A stretch of 64,000 nucleotides of DNA from contig JAZAMN010000052.1 of NCBI GenBank assembly GCA_036229005.1, forward strand, positions 192,001-256,000. Reading direction: 5' to 3'. The notes beneath the pieces are model-generated. The model was given only the letters and a program-made list of their open reading frames with translations, made no database searches and was not told the origin of the DNA. How positions within the stretch are numbered: the stretch's first letter is position 1; every line of letters starts with the position of its first letter. The DNA is from Myxococcota bacterium. Lineage in GTDB: Bacteria > Myxococcota_A > UBA796 > CAJQPC01. Below are positions 41,960 to 51,911 of the stretch, in pieces. The position numbers were made by a program, and so were the translations under genes.

Positions 41960-42299
41960 AGCCAGGCGCCCTGAATGCACGTTCCCTGTGAGCTACGGCC
42001 GCTCAATGCACGCTCCCGGCGAGCTACGGCCGCTCAATGCGCGCTCTCCGGGAGCTACGGTGGCTCAATGCGCGCTCTCTGCGAGCTACGGCCGCTCAGT
42101 GCGCGCCTTTGGGGCTCCTCTGGCCCCCCACAGACCCGACAACGGCCACGATGCGCGCACTGACACCCCGTAGCTCCGCCAATGCGCGCATTGACGCCCC
42201 GTAGCTCCGCCAATGCGCGCACTGACGCCCCGTAGCTCCGCCAATGCGCGCACTGACACCCCGTAGCTCCGCCAAAGCGCGCACTGACACCCTGTAGTG
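41960..42299. repeat. 31-bp-period inverted array B (5 forward + 5 reverse units)
   Basis: AGCTACG at 41991/42022/42053/42084 (degenerate unit at 41960); CGTAGCT at 42169/42200/42231/42262 (degenerate unit at 42293). Confidence 0.92.
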
Positions 42300-42310
42300 C
42301 TCCCGACCGC

Positions 42311-45300
42311 CTACTCCTCGGCGCTCAGGTCCTCGGGCCGCTCGGACATGAACTCGGGGACGCCGGGGGCTGTCCACTCGCCGCCGTCCACGTTCAGGTA
42401 GATGGGGTTGGAGATGGCGTAGGGGTGCACCGGCTGGGTGCGGGGCGCGGGGGGCATGGGCTCGAGCAGGCCGGAGAGCGCCTCGACGCCGCCCAAGGCC
42501 TCGGTGACGACCTCTTGGAGCTGGACGGGCTCGTAGAGCACCGGCGTGAACAGGGGCTCCAAGGAACCGCTGCCCATCGCGATCATCACGTACCAACTGT
42601 CTTGGTCGGGGGCGTCCTCGTAGAACTCGACCAGGTTGAGCACGTCGGCGTTGGGGGTCTCGATCTCGAAGACCTCGATGAGCTCGCCGTTGCGGTAGAG
42701 CTCCACCCGCTCGACGTCGAACCAGGTGGGGGACTGCACCTCCAGCTCAAGCTCGATGCTGGCGGCGTCCAGGGTGTCGCCCATGAGCACCTGGCCCTCG
42801 TCCGCGGTGAAGCGGAGGAAGGGGCCGTAGCTGGCGAACACGTGCCCATCGCGCACCGCCTGGGCGATCTCGACGGCGTCCACGTAGGCGGGATCGTCCG
42901 TGGACGAGGCCACGAAGTTGCGGGGGCAGCCCGACTCCGTGCTGCTGGTGCCGTGGGTGTCCGAGTTGCCCAGCGCGGTGAGCTGGTAGCCCAGGTTGAG
43001 CAGCGTGAACCAGTCGTCGATCTGGCCGTGGATGCCATAGCCGAGCTGGAAGATCTCCCCGTCGTCGTCGACCCCGGCGTCCAGCATCTCCTGCTCGGCC
43101 AGGCTGCGTTCGATGATGTCGTAGGCGGTGGTGCTGCCGTCCGCGGCGTAGGCGTCCAGCTCGGCCTGGGTGGGCGTGCGCAGGAAGTCGTAGCGCTTGC
43201 CGTTCATCAGCTCCAGCGCGTCGAAGTTCAGGGTGAAGTTCTCCGAGTTGGTGAGCGGGTTGGTGATCTTGAGGATGCCGTCGTCCACGACCGGCGCGCC
43301 CGGGTTGCCGCCGTAGGGCGAGAAGCCCATCTGGTCGAAGTAGCCCAGGATGCCGTCCCGGGGGTGGGCCACCATGGTGACCGGCTCGATGCGGCCGTCG
43401 CCCAGGCTGCGCAGGTCGTTGAGCATCTGGCTGGGGGTCTCGCCCGTCCAGTCGAAGGCCCCGCCGCCATCCGCCAGGTAGTCGTGCTCCACCGGGAAGC
43501 CGATGTAGTGGCCGACCTCGACCGTGGTGACCTCCAGTCCCACCGCCGAGGAGATCCAGGGCTCCATGCCCATGTCCTGGATGACCGGGCGGTAGTCGGC
43601 CACGTAATCGTGGTCCGAGGAGATGAGGAACTCGACCTGCTCGCTGGCCATGGTCGCGATGCGGTCGTGCAGGCTGACGCCCGAGTCGTGGGAGGCCACG
43701 GCGTGGACGTGGAAGTCCGCGGAGATCCACCCGCTGGTGTCCACGGAGCGGGTCACCTGCAGGATGGCATCGGTCTGGCCGCCGCTGGTGACGCTGATCT
43801 CGGCGACATCGAGCTCATACTCCATGCCCCGGGTTGCGTACGCGACGTAGTCACCGGGGGGGAGGCTGACCTCCTTCTGGCCGTAGGGCATGAACACCAC
43901 GGCCTCGGGATCCCCAGCGATGTAGCCGTCGCCCAGCACCGGGTCCCGGACCACGCCCTGGCCATCCGCCGGGAAGAGCGTGACCTTGCCCGGGACGCGC
44001 ATCCCGGTCTCGTCGATGAGCTCCAGCGACAGGCTGCCCGAGAGGGGGAGGGTGGGGTTCACGTCGACCTGGCCGCCCTCGGTGACCGTGATGGCGATGC
44101 GGTCGCCGGTTCCGTGCGCGCCGTCGTGCACCTGCAGCTCCCACTCGCCCACGGGCAGGGTCCCGCCAAAGCTGCCGTCCGGGACGGTGTCGGTCCAGGA
44201 GACGTCGGTCTCCCACTGGGAGAAGGGGGCCTCCGCGCCGGGCTCGAACACCAGCACGCTGACCCCGGAGAGCGGCTCGGCCCGACCCTCGGAGTACACG
44301 TGGCCGTCCACGCGCCCAGTGGGGACGCCGCGGGCCTCCAGGATGCCGTCCAGCACCGAGCCCACGTCGCCATCTCCGATCACGAAGATGCGCTCGTAGG
44401 TGTAGGCGCTGCCCTCGGTAAAGCGGTCCTCGCCGGCGTCCGGATCCCCGGTCTTGCCGACGCCGAAGGCGGCGGTCTGGGAGCTGGTGAACAGCGGTAC
44501 GGAAACGGGCCCGGACAGGGACGCCAGCCCATAGCTCACCCCGTCTGCGGTGCCGGCCACAAAGTCCAGCTCGAAGGGGCTCGTGAAGGTGTTCAGGCCA
44601 GCGTCCCGCGCCTCGTAGACCGCGCCGTCCTCCCAGAAGCCAAGCCCCGGGGCGAACACGTTGACCGACCCGCCCTGCAGGTAGAAGTCGCCGAAGGTCA
44701 CGCCGCTCTCCAGCGCCAGGTCCAGCAGCTCCATGCCGGGCTCGTAGCTGAGCAGCTCGGGGTCCTCGGGCACAGATTCGTCGGCGGTGAACGCCGCGGT
44801 GGTGCGCATGGTCAGCCAGCTCTGGCCGGGCTCCAGGATGTAGTCGGTCTGCAGCGTGAAGTCGGGGGCGTCCACCAGCACCCACAGCCCCGCGAGCAGC
44901 CGCAGGAAGGGCTCGCTGGGGGCCGTGACGCGCACGATGGCGGGCTCGGTCTCGCTGCCCTCGCTCAGGATCTGCACCTGCTGGGCGGCCAGGGTCTCGG
45001 ACCAGCTCTCGGTGTCCGGGTCCACGCCGTCCGCCTTGGGCACGTTCATGTTGACCGTCGGGAAGATCTCCGCGAGTCGGTCGTTGCCCCGGCCGCCGGT
45101 GTACTGCGCCCCCACGCGGTTCAGGTCCGCGTCGATCACGCTGCCGCCAAAGAGGCTGGGCCCCATGGAGTTGTGCGCCGTCGTCACCGCGACCTTGATC
45201 CGGTCGTTCTCCAGCACGATGTCCCCGGGGCGCGCCAGGGCCTTGGGCCCGCCGATCCCGTCGCGCAGGTCCTCCATCACGCCGGCTTTGGCGTAGGCAT

Positions 45301-45349
45301 CGGGCCGTTGGTTGCAGGCGAGCAGGGCGAGCAGGTTCATTGCGTTCAT
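42311..45349 (-). CDS. CehA/McbA-family PHP metallohydrolase lipoprotein
   Basis: WISADFHVHAVASHDS, SSDHD, GLEVTT..GH, AHPR, GNSDTH, ASYGPF. Confidence 0.88.
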   Translation of the reverse strand: MNAMNLLALLACNQRPDAYAKAGVMEDLRDGIGGPKALARPGDIVLENDRIKVAVTTAHNSMGPSLFGGSVIDADLNRVGAQYTGGRGNDRLAEIFPTVNMNVPKADGVDPDTESWSETLAAQQVQILSEGSETEPAIVRVTAPSEPFLRLLAGLWVLVDAPDFTLQTDYILEPGQSWLTMRTTAAFTADESVPEDPELLSYEPGMELLDLALESGVTFGDFYLQGGSVNVFAPGLGFWEDGAVYEARDAGLNTFTSPFELDFVAGTADGVSYGLASLSGPVSVPLFTSSQTAAFGVGKTGDPDAGEDRFTEGSAYTYERIFVIGDGDVGSVLDGILEARGVPTGRVDGHVYSEGRAEPLSGVSVLVFEPGAEAPFSQWETDVSWTDTVPDGSFGGTLPVGEWELQVHDGAHGTGDRIAITVTEGGQVDVNPTLPLSGSLSLELIDETGMRVPGKVTLFPADGQGVVRDPVLGDGYIAGDPEAVVFMPYGQKEVSLPPGDYVAYATRGMEYELDVAEISVTSGGQTDAILQVTRSVDTSGWISADFHVHAVASHDSGVSLHDRIATMASEQVEFLISSDHDYVADYRPVIQDMGMEPWISSAVGLEVTTVEVGHYIGFPVEHDYLADGGGAFDWTGETPSQMLNDLRSLGDGRIEPVTMVAHPRDGILGYFDQMGFSPYGGNPGAPVVDDGILKITNPLTNSENFTLNFDALELMNGKRYDFLRTPTQAELDAYAADGSTTAYDIIERSLAEQEMLDAGVDDDGEIFQLGYGIHGQIDDWFTLLNLGYQLTALGNSDTHGTSSTESGCPRNFVASSTDDPAYVDAVEIAQAVRDGHVFASYGPFLRFTADEGQVLMGDTLDAASIELELEVQSPTWFDVERVELYRNGELIEVFEIETPNADVLNLVEFYEDAPDQDSWYVMIAMGSGSLEPLFTPVLYEPVQLQEVVTEALGGVEALSGLLEPMPPAPRTQPVHPYAISNPIYLNVDGGEWTAPGVPEFMSERPEDLSAEE

Positions 45350-45404
45350 AGGCGCTATGGTAGCCCAGCTCAGGGCGCCGATCCGCGTCCGCTGCGAGGT
45401 CCCC

Positions 45405-46472
45405 ATGCTCCTGTCGCTGTTGCTGTCCACCTCCGCCCACGCCGCCGAGCTCGAGCCCTACGCCATGGGCCAGATGTGGGTCACCCTCTACGACATGGAC
45501 GAGGCCGCGCAGGCAGATCCCGCGGGCTACGGAGACCCGGAGGACGACCCCGGCTTCAAGCTGCGCCGCGCCCGCCTGGGCATGGTCCGCCCCGCCGAGT
45601 TCGGCGCCACCCCCGCTGAGCGACTGGGCGTGAGCATGATCCTGGGCATGAGCGCCGGCTCCGACCCGATCCCCTTCGCCGCCACGGGACAGCTTGGCCT
45701 CATCGACGCCAACATCTCCTACGCAGCCAACGAGAACCTCACGGTCTATGGCGGTCTGGTCAAGGTGCCCTGGGGCCGCGAGAACCAGTTCTCCTCTCTG
45801 CAGCTCCCCTTCCAGGACCGCACGGTCCAGTCCAACCACATGGTCTCCCTGCGCGAGGTGGGGGCGCTGGCCGTCTGGAATGCGCCCGCCAACCTCCGGG
45901 TCCAGGGCGGCGTCTACAACGGCAACGGCTCCCTGCTCGGAGACGAGGACAACCTGTTCTTGTTCGCAGGCCGCGTGGACTGGACCCTGGGAGGCGACCA
46001 CAGCCAGGCCTACCGCAGCTTTGGGGTGGTGGACGCCCCGGTGATCGGCGTAGGCGCCGACGTGGTCTACAACGACGAGGCCGCCGTGGATGAGCTGGTG
46101 GTCGGTGGTGACCTCATCTTCCGCATGAAGGGCCTGACCGTCATCGGCGAAGGCCACTGGGCTCGCCTCACCCCCACCGACACCACGGTGGTGGACCCCG
46201 CCGTGCTCGCGCAGACCACCCGCATCGGCGCCTACGCCCAGGTCGGCTACACCGTGGCCGATCGCTGGGAGCCCGTCGTGCGCTGGGAGACCTTCGACGA
46301 GGACACCGCGCTCAGCGACAACGGCGACCTCATGCACACCTACGCGGGCGTGACCGGGCACTTCCTGGAGGACAAGCTGCGGGTCGGCGGCGGCTACGTC
46401 CTGCGCATGGAGACCGGCGGCGCGAACATCTCCAACGACACCGCGCGTCTGTGGATCCAGGGCACCTACTGA
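45405..46472 (+). CDS. Outer-membrane porin (OprO/OprP-like)
   Basis: Signal peptide; GFKLRRARLG, KVPWGRE, REVG, GVYNGNG; ends in an aromatic residue. Confidence 0.8.
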   Translation: MLLSLLLSTSAHAAELEPYAMGQMWVTLYDMDEAAQADPAGYGDPEDDPGFKLRRARLGMVRPAEFGATPAERLGVSMILGMSAGSDPIPFAATGQLGLIDANISYAANENLTVYGGLVKVPWGRENQFSSLQLPFQDRTVQSNHMVSLREVGALAVWNAPANLRVQGGVYNGNGSLLGDEDNLFLFAGRVDWTLGGDHSQAYRSFGVVDAPVIGVGADVVYNDEAAVDELVVGGDLIFRMKGLTVIGEGHWARLTPTDTTVVDPAVLAQTTRIGAYAQVGYTVADRWEPVVRWETFDEDTALSDNGDLMHTYAGVTGHFLEDKLRVGGGYVLRMETGGANISNDTARLWIQGTY

Positions 46473-46517
46473 GCCTGCGGCCGGCCGAATCCCAGACCGG
46501 CAGCTCCCTCGGTCGGC

Positions 46518-48335
46518 CTACTTGACCGGCACCTTGATCGGCGAGAAGCCCGAGCCCTTCTTGAGCAGCTCGCCGCCCGCCTTGGGCTTGGCCTGGATGT
46601 AGTACTCCAGGCCCGCGCTGTAGCTGGCGTCCGGGGTGATCTGCGTGCTGTACCCCGAGCCCGAGTAGCGCATGGCCTGCGCGCTGTAGCGACCGCCTCC
46701 CGCGGACCGGTAGTACAGCGTGACGGTGTAGCCGTCCGGAGCCCCCACCGAGAGCGTCAGCGGGCTGCCTGCGCGTGCGCTGCTGGGCTTGGTGTGCGTG
46801 AGCGCCTGGGGCACCGTCACGGTGGTCACCGGCGGGTCCTTTGGCTGGGGGTCCACCGCGGGCTTGACCGGGTCCTTCTCAGGGGCCGGATCCTTGGGGG
46901 TGTCCCGGACCACCGGCGTCACGGGATCCTTGGGTGGGTCCTTCTCGGGGGTCGCCACAGGCTGCGTCTCCACCGGAGGCGTCTCCACCGGCGGGGTCTC
47001 CACGGGCTGGGTCTCGATCGGCTGCACCTCGGGGGGCGGCGGCTCGGTGACCCCGATTGGATCCGGCTGGACCTCCGGCTCCTGGGAGGCCCACCACAGC
47101 CCACCCGCCAGCGCGATCAAGAGCGCCAGGCCACCTCCGATCAGGGCGTAGGGGGGGGAGCGCTGGGGGACCGTCGGCTCTTCCGGGGCGGAGAGCGTCA
47201 GGCCGCTATGGTCCGTACCCAGGGCGGGCTTGGGTGCCGGGGTGGGCGCCTGCGCGGGCGGCAAGGGCTCCGGGTCCATGTGGTCGTCCGGGACCATGGT
47301 GCCCAGCGCTGGAGCAGGCCCCGGGGAGGGAGAAGGCGGCAGGGCGCTCGGGGCGGGAGGGCCCACCTCCGGGATGGCGGTCTCCTGGATCACGCGGCCA
47401 GCAGACCTGGGCGCCGGCGAGGACCCACTCCCGTCAAGCAGACCGGTGCCCCCACCCACCGGCGCCAGGTGTCGCTGCTGGTGAAGGTCCGCGGCGGCGG
47501 CCAGCAGCTCTGGGGTCTCGGGCGGGTCGGCCGGCAGCAGCTCCAGGATCGCGCGCAGGGCGTCGGCCATCTCCGCCGCGGTGGTGTAGCGCTCCTCGCG
47601 GTCGTAGCGGGTGCTGCGCTTGATCACCTCGGCCAGCTCGGGGTCGATCCCCGCGAGCAGCCCCTTGTCCATGTCCGCGACGAACAGGTCCACCGGCGTC
47701 TTGCCCGTGAGCACCGAATAGAGCGTCGCTCCGGTGGAGTAGATGTCCGCGCGCACGTCCACGCTCTTGGCGTCCACCCGCTGCTCCGGCGCCATGAAGC
47801 CCCAGGTGCCCATGACCGCGCCGGTCTTGGTCATGCCGTCGTCGCCCTGGTTGTCGATGCGGGCGATGCCAAAGTCGGTGATGCGCAGCTTGCCGTCGGT
47901 GGACAGCAGGATGTTGTGGGGCTTGATGTCGCGGTGCACAACCCCGCGCCGATGGGCCACATCCAAGGCGTCCAGCATGTCGATGGTCACCTGCACCGCC
48001 ATCCTGGGGGGCAGGTTCCCGTGGAGCTTGACGCGGTCCAGCAGCGAGCCGCCGTCCACCAGCTCCATCACGATGTAGACCCGCTCCCCGTCCGCGCCGA
48101 CGTCGTACACCCGCACGATGTTCGGGTGCTCCAGCAGCGCCATCGTGCTGGCCTCACCCTCAAAGCGCACCCGCAGCGAGCGCCGCTTGGCCAGCTCTGG
48201 CGAGAGGATCTTGATCGCCCGCTGCACCTGCAGCCGGGAGTCGAAGCCCCGGTACACCTTGGCCATTCCGCCCTCGCCGAGGACAGAGATCAAGCGGTAG
48301 CGGCCATCTGCGAGGGGAGGGGCGGCTTCTGACAT
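46518..48335 (-). CDS. Membrane Ser/Thr protein kinase (Hanks type)
   Basis: LGEGGMAKV, AIK, HRDIKPHN, DFG, GTWGFMAPE; TM helix and Pro-rich linker. Confidence 0.95.
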   Translation of the reverse strand: MSEAAPPLADGRYRLISVLGEGGMAKVYRGFDSRLQVQRAIKILSPELAKRRSLRVRFEGEASTMALLEHPNIVRVYDVGADGERVYIVMELVDGGSLLDRVKLHGNLPPRMAVQVTIDMLDALDVAHRRGVVHRDIKPHNILLSTDGKLRITDFGIARIDNQGDDGMTKTGAVMGTWGFMAPEQRVDAKSVDVRADIYSTGATLYSVLTGKTPVDLFVADMDKGLLAGIDPELAEVIKRSTRYDREERYTTAAEMADALRAILELLPADPPETPELLAAAADLHQQRHLAPVGGGTGLLDGSGSSPAPRSAGRVIQETAIPEVGPPAPSALPPSPSPGPAPALGTMVPDDHMDPEPLPPAQAPTPAPKPALGTDHSGLTLSAPEEPTVPQRSPPYALIGGGLALLIALAGGLWWASQEPEVQPDPIGVTEPPPPEVQPIETQPVETPPVETPPVETQPVATPEKDPPKDPVTPVVRDTPKDPAPEKDPVKPAVDPQPKDPPVTTVTVPQALTHTKPSSARAGSPLTLSVGAPDGYTVTLYYRSAGGGRYSAQAMRYSGSGYSTQITPDASYSAGLEYYIQAKPKAGGELLKKGSGFSPIKVPVK

Positions 48336-48416
48336 GGCTCCCGGGGGGCTTGGGGCCACATGATAGCCCGGTTCCACCATTGGACGCCCCCGCCCGCCGG
48401 GGGGTAGCGTCCCGCC

Positions 48417-50351
48417 ATGCTCTTGTTGTTGCTCGCAGCCTGCGGCAGGCCAGTGGATGCGGACGGAGACGGTGTCTTCGCCGCCCGGGACTGTGATGAC
48501 GCAGACGCGTCCGTCGGCGCGCCGGCGCTCCGCTACCTGGACGAGGATCTGGACGGGTGGGGCCGCGAGTCGGTCTGGTCCGAGCGCTGCCCCCAGGTGG
48601 GGTGGGTGCTGGAGCCTGGAGACTGTGACGACGGGGACCCCAGCGAACATCCGGACGCCCTCGAGTCGCGCTGCACCTGCGGCGGGGCGGACGCCGAGTC
48701 CGTGGACGTGTACGCGGATCAAGACGGCGATGGCGTGGGCGCGGGTGAGCCTGTGGGGGCGCAGTGCGGCGCGAGCGAGGGGCTCTCCCCCCGCGGCGAT
48801 GACTGCGACGAGGCCGATTCCAGCGTGTTCCCCGGTCAGTCCGAGACCTGGTACGACGGCGTGGACAGCGACTGCGAGCCCGACGACTACGACGCGGATC
48901 GGGACGGCTTCGACGCGGCCGAGCACGGGGGCGACGACTGCGATGACCTGGACCCAGAGGTCAACCCCGGCGCCCTGGAGTTCTGCGATGCCGCCCAGCG
49001 GGACGAGGACTGCGACGGCCTCACCAATGGCGAGGACCCCGACGCCCGGGGGTGGACCCTGGGCTACGTGGACAGCGACGGGGACGGCTACGGCACGGGG
49101 GGCAGTGAGCTGGTCTGCGCGCCTGGCGCCGGCTTCGCTGACAATGACCTCGACTGTGCGCCAGAGGACCCTACGACCTACCCGGGGGCTGACGAGATCT
49201 GCGGAGATGGGGTCGTCAATGACTGCGGGGTCGACACCCTCTCCTGCGGAATCTACGGCAGCATGAGCGCTTCGACCGAAGACGCGGCCTGGGTCGACAG
49301 CCTGGGGGCCTACGCGAGCCACGAGCCGGTGGTGCTCAGCGAGGGCGACGAGCCGGTCTGGCTGCTGGCCGGGAGCTTTGTGGAGGGGGGACTCGGTGTC
49401 ATTCAGGGGCTCGACAGCGACGGGGACGCGCGCGCGCTGGTGGTCAGCGAAGACACCCGCGGCACCGCCTACGCCCTGGACGCCCACGACCCCGACCAGG
49501 ACGGCGTCCACGCGGTGCTCATGGGCAGCATCTCCACCTACCGCAGCGAGGACACCATCAGCCAGGGCCGGGTCTGGTATTGGCCGGATGGCGGGCTCGC
49601 GGGCGCGATCGACGACCACGACTCCATCACCGGGCGCTACGGGGACAGCAGCTTTGGCTACCGCGTGGCGCTGCTGGACGACGGCATCCTGGTCACCACG
49701 CCCTGGTTCTCGGCCGTCACTCGGGGCGAGGTCTACCTCTTCGACCTGGATCCGGGCCCGGAGGCCACCTGGCTGGAGGCCGAGGCGACCTGGACCGCAG
49801 ACGGCGAGCTCAGCTCAACGGTGGGCATCGCGCTGACGGCCTGCGCGCTGGGCGGGGAGGGGAGGGAGCAGGGGCTCGTGCTCTCCCAGGGTTCAGGGGT
49901 GCACCTCTTGGACCCCGACAGCCCCGGTGCACTCGACCTGGATTCCCGCATCGTCGAGGACACCAGCAGGATCGCGAGCGATTTCTCCTGCGCGGACGTG
50001 GACGGCGACGGCTACGCCGACGTGAACCTGCTCACCTACACCGGGCTCAGCGTGCACCTGGGGAGCGTCGAGGGCTTCGAGGGCGTGGACTTCCAGCTCC
50101 TGCTCAGCCCGATGGCAAACCACGTGGTCGCCGGCGACCTGGACGGGGAGGGGAGCCGGGACGTGGTCCTGGTGTCCAGCCAGCGGGAGGTGGTGCCCTT
50201 CTACGGCCCCTTCGACGCGGGGAGCTACACCAGCGAACACGTGCTGCTGCTCCCGGAGGGCGTCACGAGCATCGCGGGGCAGGGGCAGGAGCGCTTGCTG
50301 GTCACCACCGGCTACCACGGCTTCCTGCTCTCGGGGGGGCCGGGCTACTGA
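48417..50351 (+). CDS. Lipoprotein with MopE-type putative metal-binding repeats and FG-GAP-like region
   Basis: Repeated DADGDG..DCDD..PGA.E.CD motifs. Confidence 0.85.
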   Translation: MLLLLLAACGRPVDADGDGVFAARDCDDADASVGAPALRYLDEDLDGWGRESVWSERCPQVGWVLEPGDCDDGDPSEHPDALESRCTCGGADAESVDVYADQDGDGVGAGEPVGAQCGASEGLSPRGDDCDEADSSVFPGQSETWYDGVDSDCEPDDYDADRDGFDAAEHGGDDCDDLDPEVNPGALEFCDAAQRDEDCDGLTNGEDPDARGWTLGYVDSDGDGYGTGGSELVCAPGAGFADNDLDCAPEDPTTYPGADEICGDGVVNDCGVDTLSCGIYGSMSASTEDAAWVDSLGAYASHEPVVLSEGDEPVWLLAGSFVEGGLGVIQGLDSDGDARALVVSEDTRGTAYALDAHDPDQDGVHAVLMGSISTYRSEDTISQGRVWYWPDGGLAGAIDDHDSITGRYGDSSFGYRVALLDDGILVTTPWFSAVTRGEVYLFDLDPGPEATWLEAEATWTADGELSSTVGIALTACALGGEGREQGLVLSQGSGVHLLDPDSPGALDLDSRIVEDTSRIASDFSCADVDGDGYADVNLLTYTGLSVHLGSVEGFEGVDFQLLLSPMANHVVAGDLDGEGSRDVVLVSSQREVVPFYGPFDAGSYTSEHVLLLPEGVTSIAGQGQERLLVTTGYHGFLLSGGPGY

Positions 50352-50366
50352 GCGCGCAGGGCGGCC

Positions 50367-51119
50367 CTACTGGCTGACGGCGAAGCCCTCGCGGTGCAGG
50401 CCCTCTTTGACCTCGCCGATGGTCAGGTGGCGAAAGTGGAAGAGGGAGGCGGCGGTGACAGCGGTGGCTCCAGCCAGGCAGGCCTCCACAAAGTCCTCCA
50501 CCGTCCCAGCTCCTCCGTTGACGACCAGGGGAACCCGGACGCGCTCGTGGACGTAGCGGACCAGGTCGGTGTCGAACCCGGAGCCCGTGCCGTCGCGATC
50601 CATGCTCACCAGCATGAGCTGGCCCGCCCCCCGACGCTCGAGCTCGGCGCACCAGTCCAGCGCGTCGAGCAGGGTGTTGCGCAGGCCGCCGTGGGAGTGG
50701 ACCCGCCAGCCGTTGCCGGCCCAGCGCACATCCACCGCCCCCATCACCCGCTCGCTGCCGAAGGTCTGGGCGGCGCGGGTGACGAAGCCGGGGTCCCGGA
50801 TGGCCTGGGTGGCGACGCTGACGGCGCTGGCGCCCGCCATGAGCAGGGACTCGAAGGCGTTGAGGGTGCGGACGCCGCCGCCGGCGATCACGGGGACGCC
50901 GGAGCGTTGGACCATCTCGCGGATGATCTCGACGTAGCGGGCGGTGTGGGCCTCGGAGCGGGACAGGTTCAGGGCGATCAGGGCGTCCGCGCCCATGGAG
51001 GCGTACAGGCAGCCCGCCTGGACCGGGTCGCCGGCGTCCTGGAGGTCCCCGAACTGCACGCCCTTGACCAGGCGGCCCCGGCGGATGTCCAGCACGGGGA
51101 TGACGCGGCGGATCAGCAT
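50367..51119 (-). CDS. hisF: Imidazole glycerol phosphate synthase cyclase subunit (HisF-like)
   Basis: RVIPVLD..LVKGVQF, AGDPV, AGGGVRT, SMDRDGTGSGFD, AASLFHF. Confidence 0.85.
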   Translation of the reverse strand: MLIRRVIPVLDIRRGRLVKGVQFGDLQDAGDPVQAGCLYASMGADALIALNLSRSEAHTARYVEIIREMVQRSGVPVIAGGGVRTLNAFESLLMAGASAVSVATQAIRDPGFVTRAAQTFGSERVMGAVDVRWAGNGWRVHSHGGLRNTLLDALDWCAELERRGAGQLMLVSMDRDGTGSGFDTDLVRYVHERVRVPLVVNGGAGTVEDFVEACLAGATAVTAASLFHFRHLTIGEVKEGLHREGFAVSQ

Positions 51120-51811
51120 GGGCTGGCCCAGGACTCGCACAGCTCCTGCAGGAAGGCCTCCGTGTCCTCTCGGTCCTGCAGGCCCTGGAGCAGCGGCATT
51201 GGGCTGTCCACGACCGGGAAGAAGTAGATGGGCACGCGGGTGTAGGCCTGGGCGTTCCGCGCCACGCGGCGGTCGTCCTCGCTGTCGCCGAACATCACGC
51301 AGAGCTCTGCGCCCGCGGGGATCAGCCGCAGCAGGGCCTCGGGGTCGGGCTTGCGCACCTCGTCCATGGTCGTCGCCGCGGAGAACTGGAAGTCCAGGGT
51401 CTCCTGGGCGCGGGCGAGCTCCCAGCGGTCCCGGCCGGTGCAGGCGACCACCTCAAAGCGGGTGGAGAGGCTGGGGAGCAGGTGCGGGGGCACCAGCGGG
51501 GTCTCATCGCGCCAGTAGCCGCCGCGGTAGAGCGCCTGACCGGCCTCGGCCAGGTCGCCGGGATCGTGCCCGATGCGCGCCACGAGCTCTTCGACGGACG
51601 CCACCTGCCCAAAGATCTCGGGGCGCCCGGCGTCGATCCAGGCCTTGCAGGCGCGGGCCGTGTCCCAGTCGCAGTTGAACCCGCCGTTCTGCTTGAAGCG
51701 GTGGATCTCGTCCAGGGTGGCCCCGGAGAGCTCCTGGATGATGCGGTAGAAGCTGGGGCGCACGTCGATGAGCGCGCCGTCGATGTCACAGGCCAGGACT
51801 TTCACGTTCAC
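51113..51811 (-). CDS. HAD-family hydrolase
   Basis: CDIDGALIDV, CTGR, KPDP, FGDSEDD. Confidence 0.85.
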   Translation of the reverse strand: MNVKVLACDIDGALIDVRPSFYRIIQELSGATLDEIHRFKQNGGFNCDWDTARACKAWIDAGRPEIFGQVASVEELVARIGHDPGDLAEAGQALYRGGYWRDETPLVPPHLLPSLSTRFEVVACTGRDRWELARAQETLDFQFSAATTMDEVRKPDPEALLRLIPAGAELCVMFGDSEDDRRVARNAQAYTRVPIYFFPVVDSPMPLLQGLQDREDTEAFLQELCESWASPC

Positions 51812-51911
51812 GAGCTAACCGGGAGAGGTGACGAGGGGGTGCCGATCCGCGCGGGAGGCGTTGACAGCAGGCCCTGCCGGGCAAAGGTGGGTGCCCTGAA
51901 TTGGAGAGTAC

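Noticed and set aside
39948..42299. 31-bp arrays as a CRISPR locus
   Set aside because: There are no unique spacer-length sequences, fillers are only 8-9 nt and often identical, the arms are inverted, and no cas genes are present.
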